Virus record (IMG/VR): IMGVR_UViG_3300022752_000073
Span: 1 to 60,129 of that record
Source: a virus
Lineage: Duplodnaviria; Caudoviricetes
Reading direction: 5' to 3' (one strand)
DNA length: 60,129 bases
Shown: one piece after another, positions 1-7,997 of the stretch
Position numbering within the stretch: position 1 is the stretch's first letter
Layout of the letters: the number at the start of each line of letters is the position of its first letter
Notes under the pieces: generated by a model
What the model was told of the DNA's origin: nothing
Database searches by the model: none
The model's input: only the letters and a program-made list of their open reading frames with translations
Made by a program: the position numbers and the translations under genes

Positions 1-132
1 CTCAAACCCCGTTGATCAAAAATTGCACGGGGTAGGGGGCGTTTTAGTTTTTTCTTTGTGATCTTTTGAGTGAAATACAGTGCATAGCACTACACACAAC
101 AAGCCGCCAGTTAGTGGGGGGTGGGGTCTAGA

Positions 133-151
133 TTTTCCCACCGTGGGAAAA
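133..151. promoter_or_regulatory. 19-bp palindrome type A (TTTTCCCACCGTGGGAAAA)
   Basis: Perfect 9-1-9 inverted repeat; recurs at 1046, 1162, 1715, 2462 and 60094. Confidence 0.75.
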
Positions 152-184
152 GCGAAGCCCTAGGTGTCAATTTGTTGCTATGTC

Positions 185-213
185 GTGCAATCTATAACAA
201 ACTGTGGTGTAAT
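185..213 (+). promoter_or_regulatory. Sigma70-like early promoter
   Basis: GTGCAA-17bp-TGTAAT; both hexamers are conserved in the right copy while the spacer diverges. Confidence 0.55.
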
Positions 214-280
214 ACATTCATGGATCGGTGATGCGCGACTGATTCATACTTCTTAACCCTGCGCGAACGAAAGGGACATC

Positions 281-793
281 ATGTCCAAAACTCTCTCTTA
301 CGCAAACGAAGCCGCTTTGATCGCAACTGACTTGATTGAGGCAAAAAAGTATGAGGACAAGGCAACGTCATTACGTGATGGCGTCAACAAAAAAATCGTT
401 AAGTTGCACAAAGACAAAGTAGTGATCGGACGCTACAACACGTGCGCCACTGCAACATCTTTTGTTGACACATTGGTGGCGGGTGGCTTAGCTAAAAAGA
501 CTGCTCAGAACTATTTGTCACTGTTCAAGGACGCTGTCAATACTGGTAAACCAGTATTGGACTGGGGCGGCACCAAAGGCGGCAAGTCTCGCAAAGGCGC
601 GAAGGGCACCAAGGTTCAGACAAGTAAGGCATTTGCGGATCTATTTAGACCCGCATTCAACCATGACAAGGGCAAATCATTCATGGCATTGTGCGAAGCC
701 ATCGAGAATCAGTATCAAGCCGATTCGATCAAAACCATGTACGAGGGTTTTGTAGAGTACTTCAAAGCCGAAGGTGATCGGATCGAAGACTGA
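281..793 (+). CDS. First early protein, allele A; possible helix-turn-helix DNA-binding protein
   Basis: 170 aa ORF with promoter and terminator; homologous to 59242..59766; FVDTLVAGGLAKKTAQNYLSLF resembles an HTH or SAM-like helix pair. Confidence 0.8.
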   Translation: MSKTLSYANEAALIATDLIEAKKYEDKATSLRDGVNKKIVKLHKDKVVIGRYNTCATATSFVDTLVAGGLAKKTAQNYLSLFKDAVNTGKPVLDWGGTKGGKSRKGAKGTKVQTSKAFADLFRPAFNHDKGKSFMALCEAIENQYQADSIKTMYEGFVEYFKAEGDRIED

Positions 794-803
794 TCAAACC
801 ACT

Positions 804-832
804 AAAAACCCCGCTTCGGCGGGGTTTTTTTT
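804..832 (+). terminator. Rho-independent terminator
   Basis: AAAAACCCCGC-TTCG-GCGGGGTTTTTTTT. Confidence 0.9.
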
Positions 833-873
833 CGCCCAAAATTCCCCCACACCACAACATCCAGCACCATCAT

Positions 874-893
874 GCTCTTCCACGTGGAAGAGC
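874..893. repeat. Perfect 20-bp palindrome with parS-like core
   Basis: GCTCTTCCACGTGGAAGAGC; identical at 59846-59865. Confidence 0.7.
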
Positions 894-896
894 TTT

Positions 897-1106
897 GATA
901 ACTGTTCCCTCAAAGCGGGCCGCAAAGCAAGGGTTTACCGCCTGTGGATAATCATCCTACAAAGAAGTTGTCACGTGATTTAAATTATAAAGATGTTGTC
1001 ACAAGAAATCACACTACAAGATGTTGGCAACTTAAAACCTATCTTATTTCCCACAGTGGGAAATCGTACAGAAACATACTGATAACTGTTCCCTCGACGC
1101 GGGCCG
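897..1106 (+). repeat. Pair of 26-bp direct repeats
   Basis: GATAACTGTTCCCTCAAAGCGGGCCG (897-922) and GATAACTGTTCCCTCGACGCGGGCCG (1081-1106). Confidence 0.85.
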
Positions 1107-1221
1107 TATTGACGCATAGGGAATTCCCCTGCGTAGTGCTACTTCCCACTGGTTGGACAAAACTTCCCACGGTGGGAAATGTCAACTGCGTATAAGGCAG
1201 TGCTGTCTCGCGTTTTATTCA

Positions 1222-1534
1222 ATTATTCCTAAAAATTCTGTGACCACAGAATAATATGAAACCCAGCATCCATGCGGGTTTCCGCAGGGTTTTTCCCCTA
1301 TTATTCTATTATTCTGTAAAAAATATATATGAAGAGACAATTTCAAAAAACTCCAAATTCCCCAGTTTTTGCTTAAATTCGCATGCTTGCTTACGCTCTT
1401 GGCGATGTTTTGTCTCTCTCATCTCAAAACCACAGAATAATGGAAAAATACACCCAAAACCTCTCACAACCCGCATGCCTATTGGCTTTGCTTTATTCTG
1501 TGCCCACAGAATAATACAGAAAAAAAGGAATAAT
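1222..1534. other. Candidate replication origin: symmetric iteron-like element
   Basis: Nested inverted repeats of ATTATTCT/AGAATAAT and CACAGAATAA, plus CATGCGGGTT/AACCCGCATG, around an AT-rich core. Confidence 0.55.
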
Positions 1535-1571
1535 GCGGTTTTATCACCACATAACACTACCTTGTCACAAC

Positions 1572-1600
1572 TTGACATCCAAGACTCTTTGTGGTACAGT
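1572..1600 (+). promoter_or_regulatory. Sigma70 promoter
   Basis: TTGACA-17bp-TACAGT with TG extension. Confidence 0.75.
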
Positions 1601-1606
1601 AGAGGC

Positions 1607-2210
1607 TCAACACGTGAAAACATGTTGTAGCGTGAAATATCACGAAGGGGTAAATGGTGATCGTACCTAACCCAATGGGCTTGCCCATGCTCTTTAACAA
1701 CTTATCAAACCGGATTTTCCCACTGTGGGAAATCAAACTAAACCGCCGCTCGGAACTAATGTATACGAGAAGCACATAGGCAGAACGCACGAGAAGAACA
1801 CCACGCCGTGCCATGAACCCTCCCTGTGCGAATAGGCGTACCGTAGTCAGTCGGTGCATTTTGTGGTGTAGGTCAGTAGTGTGCGTCATGTGTGGCACCG
1901 AACACGACCGATAGCAAAGCGCAAGTCAATACAGATACTGCCTAAATGTGTGGGGTGCTCTGCATGGAAACGTGCAACAACCCTAACGAAGAGTATGTAT
2001 GTGAGAGTGAGTGCTGATTTTTTATTTGATAGGCGACAAACCGCTCGCCGCACGGCATGAACCGAACACATACCAACAACTTCTAGGAACACGAACCGCA
2101 AGGGATATGCGTGAACGACAAACACTATCGCAGTTACAACAGACGGGATAACAGACGGGATAACAGATTGTCCTGTTAGCCTAGTGACAGTAGGCTAACA
2201 GATGCAATCC
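1607..2210 (+). ncRNA. Candidate large structured non-coding RNA or leader
   Basis: No credible ORF; many nested helices, GNRA loops and long-range pairings downstream of a strong promoter. Confidence 0.55.
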
Positions 2211-2233
2211 GCATCGTAATTAGGAGCTTAAAA

Positions 2234-2431
2234 ATGAGATACGTAACACTGAAAAAACTTGGCACACCCCAAAATCATGGGGCGTCTATCACCATCCCCT
2301 ACAACGGGGATGAGTTTGAATTTATTGACCCCGAATGGAGGGGTCTGGCGAGGCGCGCAGCCGCCTCCGAGGGAGGGCAAGCCCGAGAGGGCAATCGGGT
2401 TGCGATAATTGATGAACCCGCAATCAGGTAA
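2234..2431 (+). CDS. Hypothetical early protein
   Basis: ORF with AGGAG RBS. Confidence 0.6.
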   Translation: MRYVTLKKLGTPQNHGASITIPYNGDEFEFIDPEWRGLARRAAASEGGQAREGNRVAIIDEPAIR

Positions 2432-2499
2432 AAAAGCCCCTGCCTGATTTTTCTGTAACCAACTTCCCACTGTGGGAAATCAACCAAAGGAGAGTAATC

Positions 2500-2847
2500 A
2501 TGACGAAAGCAAGAGTGAGTAACCATGCTTCACGTGACTACGTGAAGAAAATGAAGGAGTTCAAAGCCAACAACATTTGGTCTGAGTGGGAGCGTGACGA
2601 GAACACCGACACCGAGGATGCACGTTACGTTGTCTATTCATATGGCAAACACTGGCCGTTGTTCATATACGAGGTCAGGACTGACATGTGGTTTGAGAAC
2701 GCTAGTAAGTACAGCGTGACAACATCAAAGCATAAATCGCAGTGCCATCCATGCACAGATACAACCAAACTGCACGTAGATGACATGATCAAAGTGCGCA
2801 ACAACGGTGTAGTTGGACTGATCGCACCACTGGGAGAAATAGCATGA
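2500..2847 (+). CDS. Hypothetical early protein
   Basis: AAAGGAGAG RBS; YSYGKHWPL...YSVTTSKH motif is typical of phage early proteins. Confidence 0.8.
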   Translation: MTKARVSNHASRDYVKKMKEFKANNIWSEWERDENTDTEDARYVVYSYGKHWPLFIYEVRTDMWFENASKYSVTTSKHKSQCHPCTDTTKLHVDDMIKVRNNGVVGLIAPLGEIA

Positions 2848-3059
2848 CAAACAACACATGTGACAAGTGCGCCCACTACACACCTGACCCCAATGGGAGC
2901 AATGAGGGTAGTTGTTCCCTGATGGGTGACATCAACCAAAGAAGCAACCCGATTGACGGTTGCTCCGGTTGGGATGTGGAGGGCTATTGTGCGGGTGTAT
3001 TTGTTGGTCCCAAGTTTGGGTGTATTCACTGGATAAGGAGAGAGCATGCCAACAACTGA
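2844..3059 (+). CDS. Small Cys-rich hypothetical protein
   Basis: CDKCAHY...FGCIHW; ATGA overlap with upstream gene. Confidence 0.7.
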   Translation: MTNNTCDKCAHYTPDPNGSNEGSCSLMGDINQRSNPIDGCSGWDVEGYCAGVFVGPKFGCIHWIRREHANN

Positions 3060-3273
3060 CTGCCGCATATGCGGTGACGAGATCGACCCCCCAGCGAGGG
3101 CGCAATTAACAACCCTGTGCGTGGACTGCGGTGAGAAAGCCGCACGTCAGGAACGCAAGAGTTGGACGGTAGTGCAAGAGTACGGCAAGGGCGGGTACAT
3201 GTTCATCACACGTGACTCTGCACATCTGACCCTGAAACAAACAAACCAAAAGATATTGAGAGGTGATATATGA
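3046..3273 (+). CDS. C4 zinc-finger protein (DksA/TraR-like finger)
   Basis: CRICGDEI...R...LCVDC; strong RBS. Confidence 0.65.
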   Translation: MPTTDCRICGDEIDPPARAQLTTLCVDCGEKAARQERKSWTVVQEYGKGGYMFITRDSAHLTLKQTNQKILRGDI

Positions 3274-3437
3274 ATCAAGAACGCCAACACGCCATCATGG
3301 CGTGGACATACGTGAGGGAGTGCCTGAAGGCAGACTTCAGCGGCTCTATAAAAAACTTTGAGTTTGTAAAACTTCTGCACGACATGTCACGTGCGTATCC
3401 AAACGAGTTGAAGGAGATATTAGATGAAGCAAGCTGA
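3270..3437 (+). CDS. Hypothetical protein (55 aa, not in ORF track)
   Basis: ATGA overlap and GAGG RBS; fills the gap in the operon. Confidence 0.55.
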   Translation: MNQERQHAIMAWTYVRECLKADFSGSIKNFEFVKLLHDMSRAYPNELKEILDEAS

Positions 3438-3630
3438 GGACAACATCACCATAGATATGTGGGAAACGCCACAAGTAGCAACAAGTTATATGTTCTACGT
3501 AGAGACCGATACCGGCGAACGCATAGAGTGGGATGCGCTGACTATCACACGTGCCAAGCGTATGCATGCGGCAACGCAGACCAACACGCCGGTGAATGTA
3601 AAAACTTTTGGATGGGAGCAAGTGAAATGA
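3424..3630 (+). CDS. Hypothetical protein
   Basis: AAGGAG RBS; operon packing. Confidence 0.7.
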   Translation: MKQAEDNITIDMWETPQVATSYMFYVETDTGERIEWDALTITRAKRMHAATQTNTPVNVKTFGWEQVK

Positions 3631-3728
3631 GTAAAGCCAAAAAGATATGGATAGTCACGTACACATTGACGGCAAGCATCGCCTTGCTGGTCGTGTGCCT
3701 AGATCTGTTCATGTGGAGACCAAATTGA
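3627..3728 (+). CDS. Small membrane protein (33 aa)
   Basis: MSKAKKIWIV...LDLFMWRPN, a single hydrophobic helix. Confidence 0.6.
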   Translation: MSKAKKIWIVTYTLTASIALLVVCLDLFMWRPN

Positions 3729-3752
3729 CTCTATCTGTCAATCTGTTATAAT
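3725..3752 (+). promoter_or_regulatory. Sigma70 promoter
   Basis: TTGACT-16bp-TATAAT with TG extension. Confidence 0.75.
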
Positions 3753-3789
3753 GTAGTTCGTGTTAGTAAGTGTGTTAGTAAACGGTGTA

Positions 3790-3808
3790 ATTTCATATGA
3801 TATGAAAA
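3790..3808. promoter_or_regulatory. Palindrome type B (TTTCATATGATATGAAA)
   Basis: 8-1-8 inverted repeat between promoter and RBS; also at 59093 and 59978. Confidence 0.7.
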
Positions 3809-3833
3809 CACCACAACCTAAAGGAAAGTAATC

Positions 3834-4736
3834 ATGAGTAACTTTGCAATCGACTTGGGCAACTTCAGCGTGTCCAAACTCTCAAGTTCTGCCCTAATCG
3901 TCAACTTGTCCCTGTCTGTATGGACGGGACGCAAGCTGGACAAGCGCGTATCTGAGGAGGTGGATCAACAGAACAGCACCAAGACCCGTGCTGGTAACTA
4001 CCACAAAAATCTTTTGGCAGGTTCATCCAAGCTGACCGAGATCACCAAGATCGCCAACGCTATACGTTCATGGATGTATGGGGTGACGCAACCTTGGGGC
4101 GACAACGGCGACCGTGTGCTGAACATGGCTCACTTCATGGAGTTCAAGGATCGGCTGACTGATTACGAGCAACAGTTCGGCACTGCTGTCAACAACTTTC
4201 TGAATGATTACGACACGCTAGTGGCGGCTGCCGCTTTCCAACTCGGTGACTTGTTCAACCGTGAGGACTACCCCACACGTGAGCACATTGAATCCAAGTT
4301 CGGCATGCGCTACAGCATGACCCCACTGCCTCAAGCGGGTGACTTCAGGGTGGACATCGGTGAGGAAGGACTCAAAGAGTTGCAGTCGCAGTACGAAGCT
4401 GTGTTGCAACAACGTGTTACAGGAGCAATGACCGAGGCATGGGAGCGACTGCATGACTGCCTGACTCGCATGTCAGAGCGGCTGACTGATGACATCGACA
4501 GCAACGGTGAGAGCAAGCGCAAGATATTCAGGGACTCGCTTGTCGAGAATGCCATCGAGATCTGCGGACTATTGAAGAGTTTCAACATAACCAACGACAC
4601 ACGGTTGGATGAGATGCGCAAGCAACTGGAGGATGCGATGCGCGGTGTGGATGCTGACTCACTACGAGACAGCGACAGTCTGCGTGAGCAGACAAAGCGC
4701 AAGGTGGACAACATCTTGTCTAAGTTCGATATCTAA
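3834..4736 (+). CDS. DUF3150-like helical protein
   Basis: WTGRKLD, T-x-PW-D-G-R and FNREDYP motifs; lies before an AAA/VWA pair. Confidence 0.6.
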   Translation: MSNFAIDLGNFSVSKLSSSALIVNLSLSVWTGRKLDKRVSEEVDQQNSTKTRAGNYHKNLLAGSSKLTEITKIANAIRSWMYGVTQPWGDNGDRVLNMAHFMEFKDRLTDYEQQFGTAVNNFLNDYDTLVAAAAFQLGDLFNREDYPTREHIESKFGMRYSMTPLPQAGDFRVDIGEEGLKELQSQYEAVLQQRVTGAMTEAWERLHDCLTRMSERLTDDIDSNGESKRKIFRDSLVENAIEICGLLKSFNITNDTRLDEMRKQLEDAMRGVDADSLRDSDSLREQTKRKVDNILSKFDI

Positions 4737-4762
4737 TTTTTTAACCCAAAGGAGAAAGTAAC

Positions 4763-5845
4763 ATGTACAACGCAATCACACTCAAACAATCTGCTGACCT
4801 GATCGCCGCCGTGGGTGCTCAACAAACTGTCCTAGTGCAGGGCGAGATGGGCATCGGCAAGTCTGCGATCCTCAAGATGCTCAAGTCTTACTCGCAGTTC
4901 AAGGACGCGTACTTCTGCTACGTGGACATCACCACTAAAGATGTTGGTGACTTCATTGTTCCTAAGATCAAGGACATTGACGGTAATGAGGTCTGCTCGT
5001 TCATACCGAACGAAGAGTTCGGCTTTCACTTCAAGGGCAAGAAGGTTGTCATGATGTTGGACGAGATCGGCAAAGCGCGGGGGGGTGTACTCAATGCCTC
5101 ACTGCGGCTGATGAATGAGCGTTCGCTGGGCACCAATCAACTGAGCGAGGGGTCAGTGGTGTTTGGTACAACAAACTTGGCAGTGGAGGGTATCGGTGAC
5201 AACATTCCGCCGCATGCACGTAACCGCATCACTGTGGTGCGTGTTGCCAAGCCTAATGCCAAGACATGGATCGAGGAGTTCGCCATACCTTACGGTATCA
5301 ACCCTGTGATCATTGGTACGGTGGCTGAGTACCCCGAGATGTTTGCATCGTTCGAGGACTACGAGAAGCCCGAGCAGAATACATACATCAATGACCCCCG
5401 CACTGTGCGCAGTTCGTTTGTGACACCACGTTCTATGGAGAGGGCGGCGTATGTCTACGAGAACACTCGCATACTGGGTGATGATGTGATGTGTCATGCA
5501 TTGGCAGGAACGGTGGGTGAGAAAGCAATGCACAACATCTTGACGATGGACAAGCTCGACTCTCAACTTACCCCATGGGATGAGTTGATCAAGTCCCCCG
5601 ATACCGCGACCGTGCCAACATCTGCCGCCGCCGCATGTATGTTGGTTGCCAAAGCGGTGCATCGTATCGAGAACAGCAACATCGTTGCATGGATGAAGTT
5701 CTTGAACCGCATGCCCAAGGAGGCACAAGGTTTGTTTGCACGTAGCGTCATGTCTGACAAATGCCCCAAGCGTGACGTAGCCGCACGTAACACCGAGTTC
5801 GCTGGGTGGGCGGCTTCTAACAACTTCTTGTTCGCCAAGAAGTAA
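4763..5845 (+). CDS. MoxR-like AAA+ ATPase
   Basis: Walker A GEMGIGKS, Walker B MMLDE, sensor TTN, TPRS motif. Confidence 0.9.
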   Translation: MYNAITLKQSADLIAAVGAQQTVLVQGEMGIGKSAILKMLKSYSQFKDAYFCYVDITTKDVGDFIVPKIKDIDGNEVCSFIPNEEFGFHFKGKKVVMMLDEIGKARGGVLNASLRLMNERSLGTNQLSEGSVVFGTTNLAVEGIGDNIPPHARNRITVVRVAKPNAKTWIEEFAIPYGINPVIIGTVAEYPEMFASFEDYEKPEQNTYINDPRTVRSSFVTPRSMERAAYVYENTRILGDDVMCHALAGTVGEKAMHNILTMDKLDSQLTPWDELIKSPDTATVPTSAAAACMLVAKAVHRIENSNIVAWMKFLNRMPKEAQGLFARSVMSDKCPKRDVAARNTEFAGWAASNNFLFAKK

Positions 5846-5874
5846 TTTCATACCGTATTAAAAAGGAGAGAGAT

Positions 5875-7065
5875 ATGTCATTCTTAACACAGCTCAACAC
5901 GTTGACGCCAACGCAACGTGTACAACGTGCCCATGTGGAGTTGATGGGGCACCCCGAGACGATGACCTATGCCGGTGTGCTGATGGTCGGCAAGTACACA
6001 GTATCTGACGATGTGCCCACTGCACGTACCAACGGCATCGACTGTGAGTACGGTATCGAGTTCATCAACAAGATATCTGATTCTGATTTGCGCGGTCTCA
6101 TCATGCATGAGAATCTGCACAAGGTGTATCAACACATGTTCCTGTGGCAACATCTTTACAAGGAGGATGGGCGCACTGCCAACATGGCGTGTGACTACGT
6201 GATCAACCTTGAGATAGATGCTATCGGCAAGCGTACCAACGGGTTCATCACATTACCCAAGGGTGGACTACTTGACCACAAGTATGCAGGTATGGACTCG
6301 CAGACTGTGTACAACATGTTGCGAGAAGACAATGACGATGACGGGGCCGGGCACGGTGAAGGTGAGGGTAGTGGTCTTGATGACCACGATTGGGAATCAG
6401 GGCAAAACATGTCTCAAGAAGATATTGAGCAGGTTGCCAAAGATATCAATCAAGCCATTCGTCAGGGTCAGCTCATGGCAGGTAAGCTGGGTGGTAATCA
6501 GTCACGTGAGTTGGGTTCGCTCATCGAGCCCAAGGTTGATTGGCGTGAACAACTACGTGAGTTCGTTTCATCCACTGCTGTAGGTAAGGACATTTCTACG
6601 TGGCAACGTGTTAACCGCAGGTGGTTACAACACGACATGTACATGCCGTCAACCATCACTGAGACGGTGGGGCGTATCGTGGTTGCTGTTGACACATCGG
6701 GTTCTATCGGTGAGGCTGAGTTGTCTAAGTTCCTATCCGAGGTTCAAGGCATCTGCCTCAACGCCATGCCCGAGAGAGTTGATCTTTTGTATTGGGACAC
6801 TGAGGTGGCGTCCCATGAAATCTACACACAGGAAAAACTTTCCACGTTGTCGTCATCTACCAAACCGGCGGGCGGTGGTGGCACTGACGTATCGTGTGTT
6901 TCCAAGTATCTTAAAGACAATCAGATCAAGCCCGAGTGTGTGATCGTGCTGACTGATGGCTACATCTATGGTGATTGGGGTACATGGAATGCCCCAGTGC
7001 TGTGGACTATCGTAGGTGGTAACAAAGTCGTACCCCCCATGGGTACAACTATTCACCTTGACTAA
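5875..7065 (+). CDS. Metallopeptidase + VWA domain protein (DUF2201-like)
   Basis: HENLH (HExxH), N-A-D-IN, MIDAS DTSGS, GGGGTD and LTDGY. Confidence 0.9.
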   Translation: MSFLTQLNTLTPTQRVQRAHVELMGHPETMTYAGVLMVGKYTVSDDVPTARTNGIDCEYGIEFINKISDSDLRGLIMHENLHKVYQHMFLWQHLYKEDGRTANMACDYVINLEIDAIGKRTNGFITLPKGGLLDHKYAGMDSQTVYNMLREDNDDDGAGHGEGEGSGLDDHDWESGQNMSQEDIEQVAKDINQAIRQGQLMAGKLGGNQSRELGSLIEPKVDWREQLREFVSSTAVGKDISTWQRVNRRWLQHDMYMPSTITETVGRIVVAVDTSGSIGEAELSKFLSEVQGICLNAMPERVDLLYWDTEVASHEIYTQEKLSTLSSSTKPAGGGGTDVSCVSKYLKDNQIKPECVIVLTDGYIYGDWGTWNAPVLWTIVGGNKVVPPMGTTIHLD

Positions 7066-7097
7066 CTTAACCTTTAACCTTTAATAGAAAGTAAATC

Positions 7098-7997
7098 ATG
7101 CAAACAACTAAAGAAAACTATGTCGGTAAAGTTTCATTCGACCACTTCCAAAGCACCGTAGAGCAAGCACGTGAGAAGAATCATAAGTACTGGATCGTGG
7201 ACATCCCCGTGCGCGAGGACTTGTTTAACTTCTACAAAGTGTTGAAGAACAAACGCTACAACATCGTGCCATGCGTGGATAAAAACAGCCATCAGATTTG
7301 GGTGAAAGATGAAAACGGTGGGGATATTGCGGTGCCCATTTATCTTGAATTGGGTATCACGTACCCTGATGCAACCGACTTTCGTTCGGGCTCGATATAC
7401 GTAGAACAGGAGAACGGTATTACATCGTTTTGTGTAAGGTCTGAGAGGATCGAGAACGAGAAGTTCAACTGCACAAACAAGGGCTACCGCACCCGCCAAT
7501 CCAAGGACATAACTAAGGCGTTGAAACTTGCTACAAAGTTCTTAGCCCCGCTTGGTCATGACGATATCCAAGATATTTGTGTACCGAAGTTGCATTCAGG
7601 TATCAACAATCTACGTGAGCCAGCACGAGACAAGGTGTACAGCAAGATGGGTATTGAGCGTAGCGTCATAGCACAAGAGGTTGCTCACATGATTGCGTCA
7701 GGATACAAACCAAGCACACAAGCATTCGCAAGTGCCATGGACTTGTGGATACAGGAAGGTGCTGAGTTGAAACGCATGCAGGACTACAAACCCCGCGCAT
7801 GTTTTGTATGGGTCAAGCCCAACAGTTTGTCGTACAAGTTTACTGATGACATGCAGATAACTGAATGCACACGTATGGAGGATGTGCCTGAGTTCATACG
7901 CAACAAGTTGGCTGTGTTGCAGATAGCGAACAATGGTGATGCTATTACAGACGTTGGCATTCGTGTATCGGATATCACGTACTGGATATTCGCATGA
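7098..7997 (+). CDS. Hypothetical protein
   Basis: 299 aa ORF in operon. Confidence 0.8.
   Translation: MQTTKENYVGKVSFDHFQSTVEQAREKNHKYWIVDIPVREDLFNFYKVLKNKRYNIVPCVDKNSHQIWVKDENGGDIAVPIYLELGITYPDATDFRSGSIYVEQENGITSFCVRSERIENEKFNCTNKGYRTRQSKDITKALKLATKFLAPLGHDDIQDICVPKLHSGINNLREPARDKVYSKMGIERSVIAQEVAHMIASGYKPSTQAFASAMDLWIQEGAELKRMQDYKPRACFVWVKPNSLSYKFTDDMQITECTRMEDVPEFIRNKLAVLQIANNGDAITDVGIRVSDITYWIFA

Larger units (their letters stand above)
1..1197. repeat. Left copy of imperfect terminal repeat (allele A cassette)
   Basis: 1-127 is identical to 58961-59087 and 1099-1197 is identical to 60031-60129; the interior is a mosaic of near-identical and divergent blocks. Confidence 0.95.

Noticed and set aside
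202-217. LexA box CTGT-N8-ACAT
   Set aside because: Mismatch in a conserved arm, and not kept in the allele B copy
897-1106. CRISPR mini-array
   Set aside because: Only two repeats, spacer 118-158 bp, no cas genes; the Cas4-like nuclease sits in the replication module
774-2125. ORF-track ORFs at 774, 944, 1256, 1309, 1557 and 1886
   Set aside because: No convincing RBS; they run through the terminator, palindromes and iterons; the first two are not conserved in the right copy
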